From positions 1 through 64,000 of IMG/VR virus record IMGVR_UViG_3300046514_000687: a stretch of DNA of 64,000 bases, one strand, 5' to 3'. Of this stretch, positions 17,093 through 26,275 are shown one piece after another; position 1 is the stretch's first letter; every line of letters starts with the position of its first letter. Under the pieces are notes generated by a model. The model saw nothing but the letters and a program-made list of their open reading frames with translations. It was not told where the DNA came from and searched no databases. The DNA is from a virus. The position numbers and the translations under genes were made by a program.

Positions 17093-17643
17093 TGCCGCGG
17101 CTGACGGCCCGACACCGCGCGCCGGCGCTCGCGCCGCAGGCTGCCCTGCTGTCCGCTGCCCCGCCGCCGCCCAGTCTGCGCGACCTCGTGTACGGCGTGT
17201 TCGCCTCGTCCCCGCTGTTCTTAGACCAGCTCGCCCACGGCGTCGACTCTTTCCGCGGCAGCGACGCTAACCCGCAGCCGCTCGGGGACCAGGCCGACTG
17301 CCCCTGGGCCTACGTGGACCTGATGGACGAGGTGGCCGACGGCCTCAACCCGTACCTGCTCAACGGCGTGATCCGCCTGTGGGTGTACGACTACCCGCCG
17401 CGCGGGTTCGCCAAGATCATCCGCGCCCTGTCCTACGCCCAGCAGGTGCTCGCGGACTACATCGCCACCGTGGACGCCGGGCCCGACGTGGCCTACTTCG
17501 CCGACGATGGCACGGGCGCCTGCATCCTGAACCTCACCGAGACGGCCGCCATCAGCGGCCCCGCCGAGGACGTGACGCTGGGTCGCCTCCAGCGCTGGGC
17601 AAGCTGGCCCTACGGGAAGGCATACCAAGGAGTAGCAGCATGA
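17089..17643 (+). CDS. Putative tail terminator/completion protein
   Basis: ATGA overlap at 17089-17092; position ahead of the tail tube gene. Confidence 0.5.
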   Translation: MMPRLTARHRAPALAPQAALLSAAPPPPSLRDLVYGVFASSPLFLDQLAHGVDSFRGSDANPQPLGDQADCPWAYVDLMDEVADGLNPYLLNGVIRLWVYDYPPRGFAKIIRALSYAQQVLADYIATVDAGPDVAYFADDGTGACILNLTETAAISGPAEDVTLGRLQRWASWPYGKAYQGVAA

Positions 17644-17918
17644 GCGAACCCACGGTCTCTCCCGCGCCGACCGCGCCGCCGACCCCGAAGGCAAGCAGCG
17701 CTGCCCCGGTGTGGCGGACCATCCTCGACGGCCACACCGCCTGGCAGGAGCTGACGCGCGACCTGGACGTCGAGTATCGCCCGGACGGTCTCCGCATCGA
17801 GTACGTCGCGCCGGAGACGGCGCGGGCGCTCATGAGCATCCTGTACGGCACGATGCCGACGGCGCCGCGCGGCGGGCACCGCGCTAACGGCGAGCTGTCC
17901 GTCGGACTGGGAGGGTAA
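17640..17918 (+). CDS. Hypothetical protein
   Basis: AGGAG RBS and ATGA overlap. Confidence 0.5.
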   Translation: MSEPTVSPAPTAPPTPKASSAAPVWRTILDGHTAWQELTRDLDVEYRPDGLRIEYVAPETARALMSILYGTMPTAPRGGHRANGELSVGLGG

Positions 17919-17922
17919 GTAT

Positions 17923-18714
17923 ATGGCCGCGACCGTCGTCTACAAACTGTTCGGCTGCAAGCGCGGCGTGATCTGGGTGCCGGCGACGGCCTGCGACGTG
18001 GCCACCGCCCAGGCAACCGGCGGCTCCGGGCTCGTCGTCGGCGTGGGGCAGGGGCTCGACTACGACGGCGCCTCGGTGATCCTGCCGCACAAGATCCAGG
18101 TCGGCACCGAGGTTCAGTACGTCACCGGACTCACCGCGCCCGACAACCTGGCCGTCGTCCGCGCCAAGGACTCCACGGTGCAGGCTGCCCACGCCACCGG
18201 CACCGCCGTGGTGAAACACATCGTGCCCGTCCTGATCCCGAAAACCAACGTTTTCGACGTTAACACGAACATCGTCACCATTCCCTTCACCGGCGACGGC
18301 GACATCGAGAACGTCTACGAGAGCAACGGCATTACCGGGACGCTCGGCACCAGCAAGTTCACGATGGACCTGCTGCGCTGGGTGGCCGGCATCACGCCGC
18401 AACTCACGGGCCTGTACTCCGACGAGACGAACCGCTCGTACCCCGAACTGGGGAACTACCCCGAGGTTCAGATCGATCTGGACTACAAGGCCATAAACGA
18501 GCTGACGAAGCAGCGCACGCGGCTCCGGATCACGATCTGGCAGGCCGACCTCCAGAAGCCGGTTGCCATCGGGAACGCTGGGAACAACACCGCTCAGGGC
18601 ACGAGTTTGCAGTGGTCCGCGGTGGCGACCACGACCGACCTCTTTGGCAACCAGCTCATCGGCGTGTCCGCGACGCCGGTCCACTACAGCTACTCCGAGC
18701 TAGTAGCAGCGTAG
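17923..18714 (+). CDS. Major tail (tube) protein with an inserted small beta domain
   Basis: LFGCK at the N-terminus, FTGDG, and position ahead of chaperone and tape measure. The insert reads I.VGTE..YVT....L.VVRA...T..AAH..G..V. Confidence 0.65.
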   Translation: MAATVVYKLFGCKRGVIWVPATACDVATAQATGGSGLVVGVGQGLDYDGASVILPHKIQVGTEVQYVTGLTAPDNLAVVRAKDSTVQAAHATGTAVVKHIVPVLIPKTNVFDVNTNIVTIPFTGDGDIENVYESNGITGTLGTSKFTMDLLRWVAGITPQLTGLYSDETNRSYPELGNYPEVQIDLDYKAINELTKQRTRLRITIWQADLQKPVAIGNAGNNTAQGTSLQWSAVATTTDLFGNQLIGVSATPVHYSYSELVAA

Positions 18715-18833
18715 TCGGTGCTATACTGGCTCTTGGCTGTGTGGGCGCGGGCGGGTCCGGTAGCCAGTCCGCCCGCGCCCATGCTGGGGCCCCGAGAGAG
18801 GGGCATGCTTAGTCGCCTTCCTGAGGTGCGAGC

Positions 18834-19598
18834 ATGGCCCTGCCCTCGGCCCCAAACGGCATCGCGTCCCCGCGCGTCTGGACCGACGACGACTACGCCT
18901 TCCTCAACGAGCAGAACGGCGGCCCCGTCGAGGTCCCCTTCTTCGGGCCCGACCGCCCCCACGTCATCCTCGACTTCAGCGGCATCGACAACCTGATCCT
19001 CCAGCGCAAGATCGGCAACCCCCTGCTGCGCGCCTCTCAGGAGGTCGCCGAGCTGGCGGCTGCCCGGCGCCTGCGCGAGGCGCGTGAGACTGCCGATGCG
19101 CTAGCTCGCGCGGAGGAGGAGGGCGATGACGAGCCGGAGGACGACGAAGACGAGGACGGGGCCGCAACCCCCGCAGAGACCGCGCTGCTGCCCGCCGAGC
19201 CCGCGCTCGACGGCTGGGAGCAGAGCCGCCGGCTCGCTAGCTTCCACGACGAGGTCGGCAAGGCCATCTGGATCTTCCCGCCCTGGCAGCCGCTGGAGGA
19301 CGCCGTCACGAACGGGCGCCGGCGGGGCGCCGTGTCCGTCCTCAGCCTCACCATGGCCCAGCGCAACCGCCTGGTCGACGTGCTCTATCAGGGGGTCGAG
19401 GCGCTTGCTTCCTTTCGTGAGGAGCCCGTGGCTGCACCAGATCCACTGCATGGCGACGGACTACGGGAAGAGCCCGTCGGACTACCTGATCCCGAACGCG
19501 CCGAGACACCTGAAGTACTGGTTCGACCAGGCGGCGTGGATTCAGGCCGACGACATCCAGCTCGCGCGCCGCGAGGCGGCTCAGACCAGCCCGCCTAG
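18834..19598 (+). CDS. Tail assembly chaperone (gpG-like)
   Basis: Lies between tail tube and tape measure; GAGGT RBS; TCC TTT CGT at 19410-19418. Confidence 0.65.
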   Translation: MALPSAPNGIASPRVWTDDDYAFLNEQNGGPVEVPFFGPDRPHVILDFSGIDNLILQRKIGNPLLRASQEVAELAAARRLREARETADALARAEEEGDDEPEDDEDEDGAATPAETALLPAEPALDGWEQSRRLASFHDEVGKAIWIFPPWQPLEDAVTNGRRRGAVSVLSLTMAQRNRLVDVLYQGVEALASFREEPVAAPDPLHGDGLREEPVGLPDPERAETPEVLVRPGGVDSGRRHPARAPRGGSDQPA

Positions 19599-19758
19599 CA
19601 CCGGCGCGACCGGCGAGGCCGGCGCGGGCGAGGTCTCCTTCTTCGGGCGCGGGCGCTGGGAGGATGCCGACGACGACGCAGATGACATCGCCGAGGACCT
19701 CCGGCGCTACCCCATCGGCGGCCCCGTCCAGAGCGTAGTCCACCACCTGGCGCAGTAA
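19414..19758 (+). CDS. Frameshifted C-terminal extension of the tail chaperone (gpGT-like, +1 frame)
   Basis: The +1 frame reads FVRSPWLHQIHCMATDYGKSPSDYL...YWFDQA and ends 18 nt before the tape measure start. Confidence 0.6.
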   Translation, partial: FVRSPWLHQIHCMATDYGKSPSDYLIPNAPRHLKYWFDQAAWIQADDIQLARREAAQTSPPSTGATGEAGAGEVSFFGRGRWEDADDDADDIAEDLRRYPIGGPVQSVVHHLAQ

Positions 19759-19776
19759 CGCGGCGGGGAGAGTCTG

Positions 19777-22700
19777 ATGGTCTTCGATGCCGGGCGCGTA
19801 GTCTTCTACGGCGACGCCGACCTCAGCGCGGTCGAGACGGCCGTCCAGAACATGGACGGCTACGCCAAGCAGCTCGACACTGCCTTCCAGAACATCGATC
19901 CCGTCCTCCCCCCCATCGACATCAGCCAGGTCGTCCAGAGCCTCGATACCGTCGAGACCACGATGGCGGACGCCTTCCGCGAGGCCGCCGTCGTCACCCC
20001 CAAGCTAGACCCCGCGCCGCTCACCACGGAGACTGACGAGGCCGTCGCCGAAGTCGGCAAGAAGATCGACGAGGTGCCCGACCTCAAGATCGGCGTGGAC
20101 AGCAGCCAGCTCGCTCAGGCCAGCGAGCTGATCACCAGCACGGTCGGCCAGGCCGTCGCCAGCGTCCCAGACATCCAGCTCCACATGGACGACAGCGCGG
20201 TGCTGTCCGACACCGCGCGCGTGCAGGCCGCCCTGGAGGCGGCGTTCGACACGCCCATCGTCATCGCCCCCACCTTCGACGGCGAGCAGGTGCTGACCGA
20301 CGCCGCGGCGCTGACGCAAACCCTGGACGGTGAGTGGACCGACCTGCCGCCGATCAAGCCGACCATCGACACGACCGAGGCGCTGCGCGGCGCGGCTGAC
20401 GCCAGCACCGAGCTGGTGCGCGAGTTCGAGCGCGACATCACCATTACGCCGAAGTTCCAGGGGCAGGAGGTCCTGACCGCCGCCGCGAACCTCAGCGAGG
20501 CCGTCACGGAGACATTGGGCGAAGAGCACCTGGTCGAGGTCAAGCTCGACAAGGAAGCTGCCACCGCGACCGTCGCTGCCAGCCGGAAGGTGGCGGACGA
20601 CGTCGATGCCTCCCTGGAGGACGTGCAGGACATCGTCGTGACCCTCGACGGCGCTCATGCGGTCGCCGAGGCCAGCGACACGTCGGCTGCGGTCAACGAC
20701 AAGCTCCAGGAGGGCGTCCACCCCATCGTCCCGGCGGTAGACAAGGCGCCGGCGGTGGCGGAGGCCGAGCGGGCCGCCGCCGAGATCAACACTAGCCTCC
20801 ACAAGATCAGCCCGATCCTGCCCCACCTCGACCTCAAGGAGATCCACGAGGGCCTGCAGAAGACCGAAGCCATCGCCAACTCCGTCACCGCGGCCATCTC
20901 CAAGATCAGCGGCGGCCGGATCAACATCGACGTGGCGCAGGTAGAGACCGCCGGCGACATCGTGAAGTCCGTCCTGAGCGGCATCACCACGGCCGCGGGG
21001 AGTACCGCCGCGGCCGTGGTGGCCTCTGGCGCCGTCATCGTGGGCGCCTTCCTGCTGATCCGGGAGAAGCTCGAAGAGCTGGGCGAGAAGTGGGAAACCA
21101 CGATGCGCCGCTTCAGCGTGGCGATGGGGGCCACCGGGGCGGAGCTGGAACACTTCCACGAGTCGCTCGTTAAGATCGCCCAGGTCACGGGCAAGGGTCC
21201 CGAGGAGATCGCCGGCGTACTCGGCCAGCTCGCGACCCGCCTCCCGGTTGCCAACGAGGAGCTGGAGAAGCTCACGATCAACGTCCTGAAGTTCGCCAAG
21301 GTGACGGGCCAGGACGCGACGGACGCGGCGGTCAAACTCAGCCAGATCATGACCGCGCTGCACGAGCCGACCGAGAACGCCGCGAAAGACATGGACACCC
21401 TCCTGCGCGTAACGCAGGACACCTTCATCCCCATCGCCCAGCTTGAGGACCAGATGAAGGGGCGGCTAGCTCCGACGCTGCACGCCCTCGGGCTGTCCTT
21501 CGAGGAGATCGCCGGCCTGATCGGCAACATGGCGAAGCAGGGCGACGCCGGCCGCCTGGCACTCTCGGCCTTCAACCGGGTCCTCACCGAGGCGCGGGCC
21601 GCCGGCGAGGCGCCCACGGAGGCCTTCAAGCGGATCGTCCAGCAGCTCCAGGATGTCGGCGACGAGAGCACTTCGCTGGCCCAGCACCTCCAGAAGGAGC
21701 TGGGGCCGTCCTACACCTACCTGGCCAGCCTGGTGAAGAACGGCGCTATCCAGTTCGACGAGTCGAGCGGCACGATCAAGACCAGCAGCGACACGGTCGT
21801 CGACGCAGCCGGCCGCATCAAGTCTGGCTCCGACGTGCTCCAGGCGTCGCTGAACAAGCTGGGCGCCCAGTTCATCGGACTCGGCGAGCAGGTCGCGAAG
21901 TCTGCCGACGGCATGAAGCGGCAGTTCGCCTCGGGCATCGACAACGTCACCGCCGCGCTCTCGGGGTTCATCGCCTTCCTGGAGGCCGCCGACCGCCGCC
22001 TGAAGCAGATGGACGCGGAGAACGAGGAGCGCCGGAAGCAGCGCCAGAAGGACATCGACGCGGCCGGCGGCGTGCTGCCCTTCCTGACCGGTGGGCAGCC
22101 GGCCGCGCCCCCCGCCGCGCCGGCTGCCGCGGAAGGCGAGGCTGGACCATCGACCGCGGCCGCAGACGCCGCGGTGGCGGGCTCCGAGAAGGTGACGGCC
22201 GCTGCCAAGGAGCAGTCCGCGGCGCTTAACAAAGTTGGCACTGAGGCGAAGGGAGCTGCGGCCGCCTACGTGGACCTGGAGCAGGAGGCCAGCCGCGTCG
22301 CTACCGCGCTAAAGAACGTGAAGCCGGGCGAGGGGGCCGCAGAGCAGATCCAGGCGCTGCTGGAGCAGCAGAAGGCCCTGAAGGAGTACGGCGCCGCGCT
22401 CGACGCTCTACCGCCGCACCTGCGCGCGGTCGTCGAGGCGCAGATGCTCCAGGCCGCCGCCGACAAGGACGCGGCGATCAACGCCACCAAGCTCGCGGAG
22501 GCCGCGGCGAAGGCGCGCGACGCCTCCATCGCCAAAACGGGTGCAGCCAACGCGGAGTCCGAGAAGCTCACCGAGCTGGCGGGAAAGTACGCCGACGATG
22601 CCAAGCAGCTACAAGCCCTAGCCGAGGAAGAGCGCTCCCACATCCGGGCCACGACCGACTTCAGCAAGGCTACCGACGACAACATCAAGCTGGCCCTCCG

Positions 22701-25185
22701 GCAGGCGCAGGCCCTTCGCGACGAGAGGGCCGCCCGCGGCGAGGATACGGCCTCTGTCGACGAGGCCATCGCCGAGATGCAGCACGAGCTGACGGCGCGG
22801 CTCCAGAGCGCCACGGCCGCCGAGAAGAACAAGGAGGCCCTCCGCATCCTGGCGGCGGCGCGCGGCGAGAGCACGGCCGCTTCCGATGCCGACGCTGCGG
22901 CTTCCGCTAAAGACGCTGAGGCCACGAATCAGGCCGCCACGGCCGCCGAGAAGCAGGCTGCCGCCGAAGCCGGGCGCGCGGGGGCGATGGATGCCTCCTC
23001 CCAGCAGGCCGCCCGGCTGGGCGCCGAGAACGAGAAGTACGGCAGTGTGATCAGCGGCCTATCCCCGCTGCTCAGCCTCGCCGAGGCCGCCCAGCTCAAG
23101 CTGCTCCAGCAGCAGAAGGAGGCCGGCCCGGTCCTGGACTTCCTCCAGGAGAAGTTCGGCATCACCGCCGAGCAGGCCGAGAAGTACCGCGCCCGCATCG
23201 AGGCCGGCGGCGAGGACGGCAAGCGCGCCGCTGAGCAGATGCTTGCCCTGGGCAAGGGTATCGAGTCAATCAACTTCGCCAGTGCTGACGCCGACGCCAC
23301 CAAGTTCTTCGAGGTGCTGATCAGCGGCATGGATGCCGGCACCCGCAACCAGTACGAGTTCATCAAGCGCACCGAGGGCGCCGACGCGGCCCTCCAGGCG
23401 CTGGTGGCTAACGGCGTGCCGGGCGCGGAGAAGCTCACTAAGGCCATCGGCGGTACTAAGGACCAGATGAAGGAGGCCACGGACCAGGCCGAGGCCTACG
23501 CCAAGGGGCTCGCGGGCTTCCAGCACGACGAGATGGTGAGCAACGCCAAGAAGGCGTTCGACGCGCTCACCGCCGGCTGGACCGGCGCCGATCTGGCCCA
23601 GGCCAAGGCCACCGCCGGCACGCTGGGCTACATCGACGCAGTGCGGTCCATGGCTGACAGCGCGCCGGGCGGGTTCGCCCAGGTCGAGGCCGCGATCAAC
23701 GGCGACACGGCCGCCCTGAAGGCGCTGGAGCTACAGGCGGCGCGTACCAAGGCAGCGTTGGACTCGGCAGCTACTTACAAGGCCACCGGCATCATCACGC
23801 CCGCGCCCGCCGAGCTGCCTGATGCGACGAAGATCCGGGATGAGGCGTTCGCCAAGGCCGATGAGGGGCTCGCCGACCTGAGCCAGAAGACCGACATGGC
23901 GCTGGCCCACGCCGCCGCAGAGTACGCCGACCAGCTCGCCCAGTTCGCCGAGCGCGCGTCGGAGATCAAGGCCACCCTGCAGGAGGCACAGCAGAAGGCC
24001 GCGGAAGCCAGCGCCGACAGCCAGCAAAAGCTCTCCGAGGATCTGGCGAAGGCCGGCGCGTCCTGGGAGGACTCGCTCGCCAAGTACCAGAAGGGCGTCA
24101 AGGAGGCCTGGCGGACCTATAACGAGGCTGTCACCCAAGCGAAGGAGACCCTGAGCGACTCCGAGACCTCTATCGGGAAGACGTTCGACAAGTCGATGGA
24201 GGACATCACCAAGTCCGAGAAGCAGGCCCTTGAGCAGAACATCAAGGCCCACGAGCAGATCGCCAAGCAGCTCAACGCCTCGCTCGCCTCGGCCCTGAAG
24301 CAGCAGTCCGACGCCCAGCAGGCGTTCAACGACCAGCAGAACGCGCTGCTCAACTCGGCCTCCATTGCTGCTGAGAACGCGCGCATCGCCAGCTACGGCT
24401 TCACCGACAGCCAGTCCATCGCCAGCAACAAGCGCGCTGCCGAGATCCAGGCGGCCGGCACCGCGGGGCTCCAGCAAGTGGCCAGCGCCCAGTCGCTGAA
24501 TAAGGCGATGGCCGCAAGCCAGAAGGCCGCCGCCGACGCCCAAACCGCCGCCGCCGACGCGAGCGCCGCCGCAGATAAGGCCTACCAAGACAAGATCGAG
24601 GAGCTGGCAAAGAAGCGCGACGAGGCCGCCAAGAAGGCTCAGGAAGACCTCCAGAAGGCGCGCGAGAAGTACGAGAAGACCGTCGCCAAGGCCACGGCCG
24701 ACCGCGACCGTAAGCTAGAAGACCTGTCTAACGAGCTGGATAAGGCGGCCAAGAAACTGAAGCAGGCGCAGGACGAAGCCTACAAGAATGCGGCTAAGCG
24801 CGAGAAGAAGATCGCCGAAGACCTCCTGAAGGCCCAGCAGAAGTACCAGAAGGACATGGAGAAGCTGGACCGCGATAAGGAGAAGGCGGCCACGAAGTAC
24901 CAGGACCACATCGACGACATCCGCCGCGAGGATGCCAAGCAGCGGCGCAAGTTCATGAACGACAAGGAGAAGGCCCAGAAGGAGTTCGACCGCGCCGTGA
25001 AGCTGCTGAACGAGGGGCTGGGCATGAAGGTGGACAAGGTCCGCACGGTCATCGAGGAGGCCAAGAACAAGTTCGGCAACACCCAGACGTTCCAGATGAC
25101 TGGGCTGAACATCCAGGAGACGAACATCGACTTCCTCCACTTTGCCCACGCGGAGCTGGATAAGGCGATGGCGACGGCGGGGTAG
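19777..25185 (+). CDS. Tape measure protein
   Basis: 1802 aa, Ala-rich and helical; TP901-like core (MGATG.EL, FAKVTGQD, LGLSFEE), Lys/Glu-rich coiled-coil C-terminus. Confidence 0.9.
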   Translation: MVFDAGRVVFYGDADLSAVETAVQNMDGYAKQLDTAFQNIDPVLPPIDISQVVQSLDTVETTMADAFREAAVVTPKLDPAPLTTETDEAVAEVGKKIDEVPDLKIGVDSSQLAQASELITSTVGQAVASVPDIQLHMDDSAVLSDTARVQAALEAAFDTPIVIAPTFDGEQVLTDAAALTQTLDGEWTDLPPIKPTIDTTEALRGAADASTELVREFERDITITPKFQGQEVLTAAANLSEAVTETLGEEHLVEVKLDKEAATATVAASRKVADDVDASLEDVQDIVVTLDGAHAVAEASDTSAAVNDKLQEGVHPIVPAVDKAPAVAEAERAAAEINTSLHKISPILPHLDLKEIHEGLQKTEAIANSVTAAISKISGGRINIDVAQVETAGDIVKSVLSGITTAAGSTAAAVVASGAVIVGAFLLIREKLEELGEKWETTMRRFSVAMGATGAELEHFHESLVKIAQVTGKGPEEIAGVLGQLATRLPVANEELEKLTINVLKFAKVTGQDATDAAVKLSQIMTALHEPTENAAKDMDTLLRVTQDTFIPIAQLEDQMKGRLAPTLHALGLSFEEIAGLIGNMAKQGDAGRLALSAFNRVLTEARAAGEAPTEAFKRIVQQLQDVGDESTSLAQHLQKELGPSYTYLASLVKNGAIQFDESSGTIKTSSDTVVDAAGRIKSGSDVLQASLNKLGAQFIGLGEQVAKSADGMKRQFASGIDNVTAALSGFIAFLEAADRRLKQMDAENEERRKQRQKDIDAAGGVLPFLTGGQPAAPPAAPAAAEGEAGPSTAAADAAVAGSEKVTAAAKEQSAALNKVGTEAKGAAAAYVDLEQEASRVATALKNVKPGEGAAEQIQALLEQQKALKEYGAALDALPPHLRAVVEAQMLQAAADKDAAINATKLAEAAAKARDASIAKTGAANAESEKLTELAGKYADDAKQLQALAEEERSHIRATTDFSKATDDNIKLALRQAQALRDERAARGEDTASVDEAIAEMQHELTARLQSATAAEKNKEALRILAAARGESTAASDADAAASAKDAEATNQAATAAEKQAAAEAGRAGAMDASSQQAARLGAENEKYGSVISGLSPLLSLAEAAQLKLLQQQKEAGPVLDFLQEKFGITAEQAEKYRARIEAGGEDGKRAAEQMLALGKGIESINFASADADATKFFEVLISGMDAGTRNQYEFIKRTEGADAALQALVANGVPGAEKLTKAIGGTKDQMKEATDQAEAYAKGLAGFQHDEMVSNAKKAFDALTAGWTGADLAQAKATAGTLGYIDAVRSMADSAPGGFAQVEAAINGDTAALKALELQAARTKAALDSAATYKATGIITPAPAELPDATKIRDEAFAKADEGLADLSQKTDMALAHAAAEYADQLAQFAERASEIKATLQEAQQKAAEASADSQQKLSEDLAKAGASWEDSLAKYQKGVKEAWRTYNEAVTQAKETLSDSETSIGKTFDKSMEDITKSEKQALEQNIKAHEQIAKQLNASLASALKQQSDAQQAFNDQQNALLNSASIAAENARIASYGFTDSQSIASNKRAAEIQAAGTAGLQQVASAQSLNKAMAASQKAAADAQTAAADASAAADKAYQDKIEELAKKRDEAAKKAQEDLQKAREKYEKTVAKATADRDRKLEDLSNELDKAAKKLKQAQDEAYKNAAKREKKIAEDLLKAQQKYQKDMEKLDRDKEKAATKYQDHIDDIRREDAKQRRKFMNDKEKAQKEFDRAVKLLNEGLGMKVDKVRTVIEEAKNKFGNTQTFQMTGLNIQETNIDFLHFAHAELDKAMATAG

Positions 25186-25188
25186 ACG

Positions 25189-26274
25189 ATGCCGACGATC
25201 AGCAAGCGCAAGGCCTGGGAGTTCACCAGCACCACTCTCATCGAGGGCGTCCCGGCCTATGCCTTCAGCGTGGACGTGCCCAGCAGTCATGCCTGGACCC
25301 GCAATGTCCAGAGCCGCGTGGCGCAGGACCCCTGCGGTGGGCCGCCCACGATCATCGAGCGGGCCGACAGCCCGATGCCCCTGCGCGTCATCACGGTGCC
25401 CTTCCGCATCCCCGGCCCGAACAACAGCGACGGCCAGCTCGGCAAGGTCCGCAACGCCATCTGGTTCGGCGGCGCCTACAAGGTCAAGAACCCGCGCGAG
25501 ACGCTGTACGCCCAGTTCGACCCGACGAGCTGGACGGAGGAGGATACGGGCGTCGCCTGGACGATTACCGTGGCCCTCCACGAGATCCCCGACCCCACCA
25601 TCCCGCTGCCGCCCCTGCCGCCGGTGGGGACCGGCGTGCCCCCCGGCGTGGTGCTCAGCCAGCTGATGGTCCGCCCCAGCCGCGCCGCTCATGACGCCTA
25701 CGACGCCGTCGCCAGCGTGGACGTGGTCGTGCAGTTCCAGGGGCTGGCGGGGTTCACCGCGGATGACTTTGTGGGCCTGTTCCCCGTGGGCACGGCCGGC
25801 TCGACGACCGCCGACAGTGTGGGGTGGATTACCACCGGCAACATCGACGTGGGGACTGCCGCGATTCATCAGAACGACGCGCTGCCCGAGGGCGACTACG
25901 AGGTGCGCGTAAGCTACGGGGCCGGTCCGACGATTCTGGTCGGCCCGACGATCCCGATCAAGCTGACGGGCCTCTACAGTTACACGAATGCCCGCACGGC
26001 CGGCCCGAGCGGCTACGCCAACGTGCCGGTGGGCGGGGCCGTCGGGTTCTCGTGGTGGTCCACCGACGAGGAGGCCGCCACGGACCCCGTGGACGGCGCC
26101 GGCCTGACCAACCAGGACTACGCCCACGCCTTCTGGTCGCACGCCATCGACACGCCCGCCAACCTCAGCGGCACGGAGTACTTCACCGTCGACTCGCGCG
26201 GCACCTACAAGGCCGTCCTGCACCGGGCCAGCGGCGCCGAGGTACTCGCGCCGGTCGCGCTGACAGTGTACTGA
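25189..26274 (+). CDS. Putative distal tail protein
   Basis: Directly follows the tape measure gene. Confidence 0.5.
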   Translation: MPTISKRKAWEFTSTTLIEGVPAYAFSVDVPSSHAWTRNVQSRVAQDPCGGPPTIIERADSPMPLRVITVPFRIPGPNNSDGQLGKVRNAIWFGGAYKVKNPRETLYAQFDPTSWTEEDTGVAWTITVALHEIPDPTIPLPPLPPVGTGVPPGVVLSQLMVRPSRAAHDAYDAVASVDVVVQFQGLAGFTADDFVGLFPVGTAGSTTADSVGWITTGNIDVGTAAIHQNDALPEGDYEVRVSYGAGPTILVGPTIPIKLTGLYSYTNARTAGPSGYANVPVGGAVGFSWWSTDEEAATDPVDGAGLTNQDYAHAFWSHAIDTPANLSGTEYFTVDSRGTYKAVLHRASGAEVLAPVALTVY

Positions 26275-26275
26275 C

